A DNA stretch of 64,000 bases from an uncultured bacterium (GTDB lineage: Bacteria > Vulcanimicrobiota > Xenobia > Xenobiales > Xenobiaceae), in assembly GCA_934621605.1 (NCBI GenBank), contig CAKTUZ010000012.1:12074-76073 (forward strand), written 5' to 3'. Positions 48,441 to 57,955 of this stretch are shown here, piece after piece. The position numbers were made by a program, and so were the translations under genes. How positions within the stretch are numbered: the first letter of the stretch is position 1; every line of letters begins with the position of its first letter. Below the pieces are notes generated by a model that ran no database searches, had not been told where the DNA came from, and was given only the letters and a program-made list of their open reading frames with translations.

Positions 48441-48950
48441 ATGTCAGACTATTATTCGGAAGACTGTTACACAGAAGACGAAGACAAGTTTAATCTTCGC
48501 GAATGGATGGACGAATTTAATCGCATTAGAGAATTAAACAAGAGTACGTACGAATACCCTATTGGTTGGGGTGTTCTAGTAACGCAAGACGATTGCATAA
48601 ATGAGCAGAGCCGTCTGGATATTTTATCAGAAGTGGCTTTGAAAGCCAGCAATCCAACACTTCCATATGAATTATGGTTTGATGATGCCGGAAAAACTCG
48701 TTACACTGGGCACCACGCCATGAGAGTTAAATTTTATTCAGTAGATCTTCATGATTGGATACCAATCATTATGACCGATGATGAAAAGATCGGTAAAAGA
48801 GTATACATAAAGCTACCAAACGTAAAAGAGCCAAGTCATTTTGGCAAAGTTAAAAAATTTTTGATTAAAAATTATGACTTGGTATACGGTTGGTGGATCG
48901 GAAGATATTCAGCTAAGCAATTAGTCTCCATACTAGAAAAACAAACTTAA
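48441..48950 (+). CDS. Uncharacterised family member B (169 aa), a distant paralog of A.
   Basis: GGAGGA then ATG 2 nt after A's stop. Shares STYEYPIGWGVLV and a C-terminal block VKKFLIKNYDLVYGWW with A. Confidence 0.55.
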   Translation: MSDYYSEDCYTEDEDKFNLREWMDEFNRIRELNKSTYEYPIGWGVLVTQDDCINEQSRLDILSEVALKASNPTLPYELWFDDAGKTRYTGHHAMRVKFYSVDLHDWIPIIMTDDEKIGKRVYIKLPNVKEPSHFGKVKKFLIKNYDLVYGWWIGRYSAKQLVSILEKQT

Positions 48951-49059
48951 AGATAACAAAAGATAATAAACAATAAATTGTACACTCAATAAATAGAAGA
49001 GCACAAAAGGCGCCGGGCAGCTGCTATGCTGCTGAGGTGCCTTTTTGCATACATTATGA

Positions 49060-49376
49060 TCCCGTAGATTTTTAGCTACAAAAGCGTCAGACTGGCTGCC
49101 ATCAGGTACAGCAGCAGGCGCTTTTTAATTTATTACAAATTGTTTAACAAGCCAACTTAAGTCTAAATTCTAACCTAAAAATATGCTTCCTAAAATTGAC
49201 TCTTGCTAGAATTTAAAGCTATATTTAAGACGTTTTATTGCCAAGCATTTTAGCTACTGTACATAAGACAAAAATGGTTAACATCTTAAACTATGGCAAC
49301 CTAGCTAAATTTTACAGCTAACTCGGTTGGCAAATTTTACACCCGGAGGTGATTACTATTAGCGAAACAAACGTTG
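49060..49376 (+). repeat. Leader repeat copy 2.
   Basis: Near-identical to 47480..47778, including the promoter and the GGAGGT. Confidence 0.8.
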
Positions 49377-49476
49377 ATGAAAAAAGCGGTACAAGAAAGA
49401 GCGCCTAACTTTCACTAAGCATGGCAATAAGCTTAAGCTCATTAAGCTTAAGAAAGGACAGCGCTACCCTCCTTCA

Positions 49477-50073
49477 TTGGTATATGAGCACCCATATGGA
49501 ATAGGAATAATCAGCTTAAGGGATCAAAAATATTACCGTTCACATAAATTCAAAACCCCAGGACATTTTGACGGCAAGGGATGCTTACTTTATTATTGTA
49601 GCGATTGCTGGTATTGGGATGCGTGTGAAGATTTTTTCTATGCCATGGAAAGATTTGATGAAGAATTATCAGGACTGCCATATCCAGGACTACCCTATAT
49701 TATTGACATGAATTCTTTTGGCAAAGATCGTCATACAGGGCCGAATCCTCCCAACTTAAGAGTAATTGTTGGAAACTTAAGCATACCAGTTATAATATCC
49801 CCTACTAATCCGTATATCCCTAAAAAAATTTTAGTTACAGTTCTACACGGAAAACTGTTCCCTCATTTCAATGTCATCAGAAAAATCATTATTGATAATT
49901 ACGATGACCTAATGGCGCACTGGAACAGCCCCCTTGACTACAACATATTACGTCCATTAGCTAAATACTGCAAAAAGCATAGGCAAGAGCTGGAACTAAT
50001 GCAGAAAGGTGAAGGTGAATTTTTAGAAAAAAGTACGCAAAGAATAAAAAGAAATAATCAGCTTAACATATAA
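49477..50073 (+). CDS. Uncharacterised family member C (198 aa). The N-terminal region is disrupted relative to A, and the only in-frame start is TTG.
   Basis: In-frame upstream codons still encode KKRYKKERLTFTKHGNKLKLIKLKKGQRYPPSL (homologous to A's N-terminus) but are preceded by a TGA. The ATG at 49377 is out of frame. Confidence 0.5.
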   Translation: MVYEHPYGIGIISLRDQKYYRSHKFKTPGHFDGKGCLLYYCSDCWYWDACEDFFYAMERFDEELSGLPYPGLPYIIDMNSFGKDRHTGPNPPNLRVIVGNLSIPVIISPTNPYIPKKILVTVLHGKLFPHFNVIRKIIIDNYDDLMAHWNSPLDYNILRPLAKYCKKHRQELELMQKGEGEFLEKSTQRIKRNNQLNI

Positions 50074-50202
50074 AGAATTGTATATTCAACGATAAACTAT
50101 ATCAAAAAAGGCGCCCCAGCAATCAAGCTGAGGCACCTTTCTGTACAAGTTCGAACCTAAACATCAAACTAGCGATATGAAGCCCCGAACTACTCTATAA
50201 GC

Positions 50203-50757
50203 TTAGCGCCAAGAATCATAGTCGCGATCTTTGTTACGACGTTCGCGTTTATTGTTGCGACGACCACCGGAGCTTGGCGGCGGATACATATCGACGAAGC
50301 TGGACATATCGAAGTCTGCGTCAAAAGAAGAAGCTGACGGGGTATAACCATTATTGGAACGAGGAGCGCTAGGACGACTATTATTACTACTGCCGTAGCT
50401 GCGGGAACCGCCGGGACGCGAAACACCACCGCCGTTGTTAGCACGATAACAGTCGGAGCAATAGACAGGACGACCGTTAGTAGGTTGGAAAGGAACTTGC
50501 GTTTCCTTACCACATTCTGCGCACACAGCGCTATACATCTGGCGAGGGGGACGCGCATTGGCTGTTGCAGCGCTATTTTCTACACCACCATTGCTGCGAG
50601 GGGCTCTGTTTCCGCCCTGACCGGCTTTACGTGCGGCCCTGCAGCTGGGGCAGCGGCGAGGCTCACTCGTAAATCCTTGGGACGCATAAAACTCTTGTTC
50701 ACCATCAGTAAACACAAACTCAGCGCCGCACTCGACGCATTTTAGGGACTTATCCAC
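50203..50757 (-). CDS. Protein with two zf-trcl-type CxxC-x17-CxxC zinc ribbons and an Arg/Gly/Ser/Asn-rich low-complexity tail.
   Basis: KCVECGAEFVFTDGEQEFYASQGFTSEPRRCPSCR and VCAECGKETQVPFQPTNGRPVYCSDCY. Confidence 0.7.
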   Translation of the reverse strand: MDKSLKCVECGAEFVFTDGEQEFYASQGFTSEPRRCPSCRAARKAGQGGNRAPRSNGGVENSAATANARPPRQMYSAVCAECGKETQVPFQPTNGRPVYCSDCYRANNGGGVSRPGGSRSYGSSNNSRPSAPRSNNGYTPSASSFDADFDMSSFVDMYPPPSSGGRRNNKRERRNKDRDYDSWR

Positions 50758-50997
50758 TCCGATTTAGATCTCCAGTATATTTTACAAAGGCATACAAATT
50801 TCTTACATTAAAAAGAAACCCTGCCCGGTAAGCTTAGCATTTTTAAAGTTCTCTTTCAATACCAATTAGAGGGAAAAATAGGCTGGAATTAAGAAGGAAA
50901 AAAGTTTGGATTGCTAGACTAAACCTGAGTGAGCCTGGCACTTCTCACTATCTTTGGTCTTTCCTTTCAAGATATTAACAGGTAGTAGGTTTATTTT

Positions 50998-52152
50998 ATG
51001 ATTTTTTCGATTCAAACAAAAAAAAATATCAACAGTCTGGCACTTCTTACTCTAGCTTTCAGTTTATTGGGATGCGGTTGTCAAAAAAATAACAATACTG
51101 CCTCTAACGATACTTTATCAACAATCAAACCAAAGGCAGCTCAATCTACCACCAATGCAACTGATAACGGCTCTTTATCCCCTTCTTTGCCCAAAACAAT
51201 TAGCATTTTCAATGCTGTCAAAGCTTGGCAGGATTTGGTATATCAAGTAGAGATTGGCCCCCGTTACGTTGGCAGTGTCGGTTCTGTAAAAACTCGCCAA
51301 TGGTTAAAGAAAGAGCTAGACGATTTAGGCGGTCAAGTATATGAGCAAAAATTTACTGTCCAAACCGTTGAAGGAGCAAAAGAATTTGTTAATATTATCG
51401 CCTGCTTTGATCCAAATACTAAGCAAAACTCTTCTGTCACAGCTACTGACACATTAGAATCAAAAACGGCCCCAAGTAGCAACAGCAAGCAAACTGTAGC
51501 CAATGAAACCAAAGAAACGACTACTATAGTTTTAGGAGCCCATTATGATACCAAATATTTCAAAGATATAGATTTTGTTGGCGCTAATGACGGAGCTTCG
51601 GGAACAGCTGTGCTTTTGGAATTGGCTAGAGTTTTCCAGAAACAACCGCTCAAGCAACATAAACTTATGCTCTGCTTCTTTGACGGCGAAGAAGCGTTTG
51701 GCGAATGGAGCGACACAGACGGAACTTATGGTAGCCGATATTTCGTTGAAAATTTGGGGAAAGCCACCTCACCGATAGAGTTAGAAGTTAAGGATATTGT
51801 AGCTGCAGTTATTATAGATATGGTCGGAGATAAAAAACTACATCTGACCTATGATACAATTTCCCATCCACAGCTTTTAGAAATGCTCTTTAACAAAGGC
51901 CGAGAGTTAAAATTTACTAAACAATTTAAACGCAGCGATGTAGGAGCTATTTCCGATGATCATCTTCCGTTTTTACTGGCAAAAATTCCAGCCGTTGATA
52001 TTATAGGTTTCAATAGTAACGAAAACGGACTTTATCCAAGTTATTGGCATACAGCCGAAGATACGCTCGATAAAGTTTGCGCGGATAGTTTATATGTAGT
52101 CGGTACTACCGTTGAGCTTTTTACCCGAGATTTAGATGACGTTTTGGAATAG
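50998..52152 (+). CDS. M28-family peptidase lipoprotein.
   Basis: Lipobox LLGCGC. Metal ligands in GAHYDTKY, GANDGASG and FFDGEE. Confidence 0.8.
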   Translation: MIFSIQTKKNINSLALLTLAFSLLGCGCQKNNNTASNDTLSTIKPKAAQSTTNATDNGSLSPSLPKTISIFNAVKAWQDLVYQVEIGPRYVGSVGSVKTRQWLKKELDDLGGQVYEQKFTVQTVEGAKEFVNIIACFDPNTKQNSSVTATDTLESKTAPSSNSKQTVANETKETTTIVLGAHYDTKYFKDIDFVGANDGASGTAVLLELARVFQKQPLKQHKLMLCFFDGEEAFGEWSDTDGTYGSRYFVENLGKATSPIELEVKDIVAAVIIDMVGDKKLHLTYDTISHPQLLEMLFNKGRELKFTKQFKRSDVGAISDDHLPFLLAKIPAVDIIGFNSNENGLYPSYWHTAEDTLDKVCADSLYVVGTTVELFTRDLDDVLE

Positions 52153-52160
52153 CTTCAAAA

Positions 52161-52232
52161 AAAAGAAAAAGCCGTCAAACTCACATATTCTTTTGCTATA
52201 CGGAAAGAAACAAACTAGACGGCTTTTTCTGT
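52161..52232. terminator. Bidirectional hairpin between convergent genes.
   Basis: AAAAAGCCGTC ... GACGGCTTTTT: a 10-bp stem around a ~40-nt loop, flanked by A- and T-runs. Confidence 0.4.
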
Positions 52233-52245
52233 AGCAATAGCTAAT

Positions 52246-53130
52246 CTAATATTGACAATTAATGCAATAAACGCTGCTGCGGCCACCAATAGTTTCTTTG
52301 TGAAGTTCTTGACCACAAGTAAAACAAGGCTGGCCGCCGCGTCCATATACTTTAAGCTGAGCGGCATTGTTACCTTTATGACCATCAGCATCACGATAAT
52401 CTGAGAATGTAGTGCCACGATTATCAATTGATTTTTGTAAAATAGGTTTAATCACATTAAAGATCGCTTCTATTTCAGAATCAGTTAAACTTTTTGCCGA
52501 TCTTGTCGGTAAAATATGACTTGCAAAAAGAACTTCATCTGCATAAATATTGCCTAAACCAGCCACTATTGATTGATCTAAAAGAGCTGTTTTTATAGCT
52601 CTAGATGTTTTCTTTAACCCTTTAGCCAAATTATCAATAGTATAATCATTTCCAAAAGGATCCGGCCCTAAAGAATTAAGTTCAGGAGAATTTTTCAGTT
52701 CATTTTTAGCGTAAAGATACCACTTGCCAAATTGGCGTATATCTCTGTAACATAATGAAGTATGGCCATCTAAATGTAAAATAATATGGGTATGTTTATC
52801 AGGCTCAAACTGTCCCTGAGCTCTCTGCAAACCGGTTATAGGATGAACAGTAAATTCATTTGTGTCAGGCGAATTTAAGTCACGAAAAGTAAGCTGACCA
52901 GTCATTCCCAAGCGCACAAGCAAAGAATAATTTTCACTGTCGAGAATCAATATCTTGCCCAGACGACGTATTGCAGTAAATTTACATCCTACCAAAGCTT
53001 CTTCCAACTCTTTTGGATCGGCATTAACAAGCAATTTTAGGAGCTTAATTTCAATTTTTTCAACAATACGACCGGGTAATTTGGCTTCCAAACCGCAACG
53101 TATAGTTTCAACTTCAGGTAATTCCGGCAT
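52246..53130 (-). CDS. mutM: Formamidopyrimidine-DNA glycosylase.
   Basis: MPELPEVETIR N-terminus and C-terminal zinc finger CFTCGQELHKETIGGRSSVYCINCQ. Confidence 0.9.
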   Translation of the reverse strand: MPELPEVETIRCGLEAKLPGRIVEKIEIKLLKLLVNADPKELEEALVGCKFTAIRRLGKILILDSENYSLLVRLGMTGQLTFRDLNSPDTNEFTVHPITGLQRAQGQFEPDKHTHIILHLDGHTSLCYRDIRQFGKWYLYAKNELKNSPELNSLGPDPFGNDYTIDNLAKGLKKTSRAIKTALLDQSIVAGLGNIYADEVLFASHILPTRSAKSLTDSEIEAIFNVIKPILQKSIDNRGTTFSDYRDADGHKGNNAAQLKVYGRGGQPCFTCGQELHKETIGGRSSVYCINCQY

Positions 53131-53221
53131 TTTGTTCCCTTTTCTGCTGATAAAAAAATGATTTCATCAAAAAAAAAAAACGTGAAATCTCACGTTCAGC
53201 TACTCGCACTTTCCGACAAAA

Positions 53222-54652
53222 TCAAATGCTCTTGTAAATAACGGCCGCTTTTATTAAATCTTTTATATCTTCTAGTGTGCGAATCTTGCTTAAGCGACGC
53301 ATAATAAATTTAGGACGCAAATAAAAGCGCGTATAAGCTTCTTTAAGCATAGAGTGAAGTTTGGCTTCATCCCATAAATCAGTTTCCAAAATGGGAAAAT
53401 CTTGGCGAGACTGCTGCAACAGGGTATATTTTTTCCAATAATCCTTATCTATTAAACCTAATTCACTAGCTTCACGGAAAAGATCAGTAGCTGGCAAAGG
53501 AGTCGTGATGGAAAAAGAAGCATAATCCAAATTCAATTCACAGGCTAAACTTACGGTATCATTAAAAGTTTGAAGATTTTCTCCCAAATAGCCGATCATA
53601 AAATAGCCTCTGGTTTCAAAACCATATTTTTTTGCCCAACTTACAGCTTGACGCACTTGTTCATGAGTGATGCCTTTACGCATACGCTTTAGAATTTGCG
53701 CATTACCAGCCTCTACGCCAAAATGAATACGTCGACCACCCACTTCACGCAGTTCTCTAATCATCTCCTCATCAACTGAATCCACTCTGGTACGTACGTC
53801 AAAATTAACTTTAATTTGCCGCTCTTTCAAGAGACGGCAAATATCCATAACTCTCTGTTTTTTTAAAGTAAAAGTTTCATCGAAGAAAACAATCTCTTTG
53901 GCTCCATATTGATTGACATACAATTCTATTTCATCGACTACATTCTCCGGTGAACGAAAACGCACCCCGGAAACACCGTTATAAATTTGGCTGCAAAAAC
54001 CGCATTTAAAAGGACAACCTCTACTAGTAATCATAGTAAAGAAAGGGCTTTCTACAGTCAAAGCATGGTAAAGATCACGCTGCAGTAAATCTACAGCGGG
54101 AAATGGGTAACTGTCTATCGATTCAAACTTAGTACGCGGCTTATTAAGTTTTACTTTATCACCTATACGCACAACCGTACCGTCTATATTTTCCCAACTT
54201 TCTCCGACACTATATTTACTGAGCACTTCTTTCAAAGTCTCTTCACCATCACCAATAATACCTATGTCAAACTCTGTAAACGAGAGGCACAATTCTGGGT
54301 AAATAGATAAATGCGGCCCTCCAACAATAAGTAAAGAATCTGGCAAAACCTCTTTAATAATTTTGGCTGCTTCTACTGTAGAGGGCCACCCCGCACTCAT
54401 AGTAGTCAGCGCAATTATTTCCGGACGCTGTTCCTCTAAATAATGCCTAAACATCTCGGGGGAAATACGCGAAGCATTAGCGTCAAGAAAATTAACCGGA
54501 TAACCGTTCTGCCTGGCATAAGCCGCCAAATAAAGAATTCCCAAAGATGGCAATACTTGCAAAGAGCGCTCAGCTTCATCCGGAATGGGACGAATATTTA
54601 CATCATGATACTTAAGAAAAAGAATAGCAGGCTTACGCAAAACCTTACCCAC
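53222..54652 (-). CDS. B12-binding domain radical SAM protein (class B). It could be HpnJ-like given the nearby hopanoid genes, but this is not established.
   Basis: N-terminal cobalamin-binding region, then ITSRGCPFKCGFCSQ. Confidence 0.75.
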   Translation of the reverse strand: MGKVLRKPAILFLKYHDVNIRPIPDEAERSLQVLPSLGILYLAAYARQNGYPVNFLDANASRISPEMFRHYLEEQRPEIIALTTMSAGWPSTVEAAKIIKEVLPDSLLIVGGPHLSIYPELCLSFTEFDIGIIGDGEETLKEVLSKYSVGESWENIDGTVVRIGDKVKLNKPRTKFESIDSYPFPAVDLLQRDLYHALTVESPFFTMITSRGCPFKCGFCSQIYNGVSGVRFRSPENVVDEIELYVNQYGAKEIVFFDETFTLKKQRVMDICRLLKERQIKVNFDVRTRVDSVDEEMIRELREVGGRRIHFGVEAGNAQILKRMRKGITHEQVRQAVSWAKKYGFETRGYFMIGYLGENLQTFNDTVSLACELNLDYASFSITTPLPATDLFREASELGLIDKDYWKKYTLLQQSRQDFPILETDLWDEAKLHSMLKEAYTRFYLRPKFIMRRLSKIRTLEDIKDLIKAAVIYKSI

Positions 54653-54690
54653 AAGAAACGACCTCTAAATTAAATCTTTCTAAGCTGTGA

Positions 54691-56814
54691 TTATTTGCGT
54701 CCCTGACGGCGAGCTGTACCTACAGCATCATAAATCATCATACGCAACTGATCAGGAACCATTTCCGGCCCCTTATCCTGCATAGCCTTACCCAAAGCCA
54801 AAGCTAAACCTGGCTTAGAAGCAACCCTAATGGCCCGCTTTATTAAATCCTTGGATTTTTCCCCCTTTTTACTACCTTGCGGAGCTGGCCCGGCTATCTT
54901 ACGGAAGACATCTTTATAATCGTATTCACTCTCCCAGAAGCAATTCTCAATATCTATATCTTTAAGTACAGTAACTTTTCCCAAACCAACAGCCTCAGCG
55001 TAAGGCCTAGCCAATTTACCGTAAGTATGACCGGCTTTATCGCCGTCAGCCAAAAGATGCCAGCTAATACCAAGTTCGTTAGCTAAATTAGCCAAAGGTG
55101 CCAAGCCGCACTGAGCAAATTCGACCAGCTCTATACCCTCGCTCCATAGATCGAACCCTAAAACCCTGGCAATTTCCGGCAACAACCAACACTCGGTTTC
55201 TCCCTCAACCAGAAGCCAAAAACGCATAAATAAGGCGGCTCCGCGCCTAATACGCAAATGGTAAGCTATGCGGCGCAAGTCGTTAATGTGAATATGACCA
55301 GAATTTACTTTATAGACACTAGCAATACCTTCGGAAGAACGAACCATACGACGAATACCAGTTAATGGCACAGCCGAAAGCAAATCTGAATTATTGGTAG
55401 AAAGCAAGCGTTGCGGTGACATGCGGTCGATTAAACTCCAAACCGAAGTAAGCATAAGTGGATGCAGATAAGCCTCGGGATCTTCTACAGAAAGCAAAGG
55501 ATAATAATCACCATTGCCGTCATTGGCTTCAGAGAAACCTTGAGACTGGGCCTTAAAAAACGAATCGGCAAAAGCCAACATAGCTAAACTTCTAGCACCA
55601 GTACCACGTAAGAGAGCACTAAAACGCTCGTAATCATCGCGCTCATGGCCATCACTGTCTAAAAGAGGATTGAGTGTGGACATTGGCGCTTGCAATCTCT
55701 CTTTAATAATTCGACCATCACCTTTATGAGCAGAGAGAATCTGAGTATAGCGATCTTGGCCGCGCTTTGACTCTTCATCCTCGGAGAAGTCACTAGCCTC
55801 ATCAATAGCAGAATCAATACGCTCAGTCTCATTGTGAGAATTGTGCACCAAGATTTTTTCCAAATTGTCCAAGTTACTTTCCAACTCGTCGCGATGAGCG
55901 GCAATAAACTCCTGAGCAGAACATTCAGCGCTCTCGGTCAATTCAGAATAAGCCTGACTAAAAAGTGAATCAACTTTATCCTGAGCCGGACGCTGCTCCT
56001 GACCGCTTCTGATAGGCGGAAGCAAAGCACCAGGACGAATACGCAAGAAAGGACATACAGTTTTTATAGTCTTCAGATATTCCAAAGAATCAGCCAACTC
56101 AATTTTTTTATGTGCAGCATCCTCAAAATGGTACTGAGTAAAAACCTGATTGCCCTCGCGCTTAGCTTCTACACAAAGATAAAAATTAAGAACTCTAGCC
56201 CTATGACCACCGCGCATAAGTAAGTCAGTCATAAAATGATCATCTCTAAATTTTTGCAAACTACTGTAAGAAGCGCAAGCCCTTTCCTCTTGCAAGGCTA
56301 TAGCCGCCTCGTCTTGAGCAGAAAATCCATCAGCCTCAGCTGTATGTTTATAAAGTTCACTAGCTTCATCGGCTCGCAAAATCCGAGAATTATCTTCCTC
56401 AGTTTCGGTATATTCGGAAACTAAATGTCTATCTGCAGCTTCAGTCTTATTGCCGGAAAAGCTGCCTCCAAAACCAATAACTATGCGCATCTCCTTAGTT
56501 TGCAAATCTTCAGAAGGAGCAGCCGCATAATAAAAAGTCTCACGATTGCGGTGAAAGTCGGAAGCACTTATATCAAAGCCATCCTTAGGCACATTACGCC
56601 CCAGAACAGCTTCCAAAGCGTTCAAAATACTAGACTTGCCGCAGCCATTTTCCCCGATCAGTACGGTGACGCGACTTTGGAAAGAAATATCAACCTTTTT
56701 TATGGAACGGAAGTTCTCTATAAGTAAACTACGTACAAACACACCTACGTTTTTCGCGCTCTTTAAACTATTTGCCTTCCCCTGAGCATGGAGGAAAACG
56801 TAGAACCTAAACAA
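54691..56814 (-). CDS. OLD-family ATP-dependent endonuclease (N-terminal ABC-type ATPase + C-terminal TOPRIM).
   Basis: Walker A GENGCGKSS and C-terminal TOPRIM LLVEGETECWLLPE...LLADGDKAG. The N-terminal 25 aa of the track ORF may be read-through. Confidence 0.75.
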   Translation of the reverse strand: MFRFYVFLHAQGKANSLKSAKNVGVFVRSLLIENFRSIKKVDISFQSRVTVLIGENGCGKSSILNALEAVLGRNVPKDGFDISASDFHRNRETFYYAAAPSEDLQTKEMRIVIGFGGSFSGNKTEAADRHLVSEYTETEEDNSRILRADEASELYKHTAEADGFSAQDEAAIALQEERACASYSSLQKFRDDHFMTDLLMRGGHRARVLNFYLCVEAKREGNQVFTQYHFEDAAHKKIELADSLEYLKTIKTVCPFLRIRPGALLPPIRSGQEQRPAQDKVDSLFSQAYSELTESAECSAQEFIAAHRDELESNLDNLEKILVHNSHNETERIDSAIDEASDFSEDEESKRGQDRYTQILSAHKGDGRIIKERLQAPMSTLNPLLDSDGHERDDYERFSALLRGTGARSLAMLAFADSFFKAQSQGFSEANDGNGDYYPLLSVEDPEAYLHPLMLTSVWSLIDRMSPQRLLSTNNSDLLSAVPLTGIRRMVRSSEGIASVYKVNSGHIHINDLRRIAYHLRIRRGAALFMRFWLLVEGETECWLLPEIARVLGFDLWSEGIELVEFAQCGLAPLANLANELGISWHLLADGDKAGHTYGKLARPYAEAVGLGKVTVLKDIDIENCFWESEYDYKDVFRKIAGPAPQGSKKGEKSKDLIKRAIRVASKPGLALALGKAMQDKGPEMVPDQLRMMIYDAVGTARRQGRK

Positions 56815-56873
56815 AAAAGCAAATTCAATTACCAGATTTATTTTACAAAAAGACTAATGGGGCCAAGATAAAG

Positions 56874-57926
56874 ATGCGTCAATTACAGCTTTTAGAACCG
56901 GGGAAAGTTGAACTAAAAGAAGTTCCAATTCCCAAAGCCGATCCTGGAGAAGTTGTCTTGAAAATTCGGGCTGCTTTAACTTGTGGAACCGATTTAAAAA
57001 CCTTTAAACGCGGCCATCCTAAATTTAGGTTACCTATGCCTTTCGGTCACGAATTTTCTGGCGACATAGTAGAAATAGGTGACGGTGGTGTCAAGGACTT
57101 TAAAGTCGGCGATCCAGTTATGTTGGCTCCTACTGCTCCTTGTGGACATTGTTATTATTGCAAACGAAATTTAGGCAATTTGTGTTCTTATACCATGGAA
57201 ACGATGGTTCACGGCGGCTACGCTCAGTATATAAAAATACCCGCTCACGTGGCTAAAATTAATCTTTTTCATAAACCGATCTATTTGGATTACTTTGAAG
57301 CTGCCGCTTTAGAACCACTATCTTGCGTAGTTTATGGTTCATCTTTCATTGATGTAACTCCAGGTCGAAGTAATGTCTTGATTATCGGAGCTGGTCCTAT
57401 AGGCTTAATGTATATACCGATTATGAAATTGCTAGGAGCCAAGCGAGTAGTAGTTTTGGGACGCCGCCCTTTGCGCTTACACTGTGCTGAACAATTGGGG
57501 GCCGATACAATTATCGATCAAAAATTATGTCCACCCGAACTAAAAAACACAAAGTCCGTTTTGCAAAAAGCCTTTCAAGGTGAAAATTGCGATGTTATTA
57601 TCGAGTGTACCGGCCAAACTTCAGTTTGGGAAGAAAGTTTGGCCTTAGCTGATGACGGCGCTCAGGTTATGCTTTTCGGCGGCTGCGCAAGCGGCACGAC
57701 TTTCAGTTTGCCCCTGGCCGATATTACAAAACGAAAACTTACAGTAAAGGGTGCGTTCCATTTTACACCAGAATATGTAAAAAAGACTTATGATCTTCTT
57801 TGCAATAGAAAAATCAATATTTCCCCTATCATTACAAAAAAAATGGCGCTTTCACAATACGATGAAATGATCAAAGAATTAGTCAAAGGAGATAATATTA
57901 AAATTGGCATAGAGCCGGATCTGTAA
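56874..57926 (+). CDS. Zn-dependent medium-chain alcohol/polyol dehydrogenase.
   Basis: GHEFSGDIVEIG, structural zinc CGHCYYCKRNLGNLC and Rossmann motif GAGPIGL. Confidence 0.85.
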   Translation: MRQLQLLEPGKVELKEVPIPKADPGEVVLKIRAALTCGTDLKTFKRGHPKFRLPMPFGHEFSGDIVEIGDGGVKDFKVGDPVMLAPTAPCGHCYYCKRNLGNLCSYTMETMVHGGYAQYIKIPAHVAKINLFHKPIYLDYFEAAALEPLSCVVYGSSFIDVTPGRSNVLIIGAGPIGLMYIPIMKLLGAKRVVVLGRRPLRLHCAEQLGADTIIDQKLCPPELKNTKSVLQKAFQGENCDVIIECTGQTSVWEESLALADDGAQVMLFGGCASGTTFSLPLADITKRKLTVKGAFHFTPEYVKKTYDLLCNRKINISPIITKKMALSQYDEMIKELVKGDNIKIGIEPDL

Positions 57927-57955
57927 TCTGTTTAGTTCATCTGTAGTATTCGCAA

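Noticed and set aside
50190-50745. ORFs 50190..50558 (-) and 50485..50745 (+) overlapping the zf-trcl gene.
   Set aside because: They are alternative frames of a GC-rich Arg/Gly-coding region. The zinc-ribbon frame carries the conserved motifs.
54691-56814. OLD nuclease as the GajA component of a Gabija system.
   Set aside because: No GajB/UvrD-like helicase gene is adjacent on either side. The neighbours are a radical SAM gene and an alcohol dehydrogenase.
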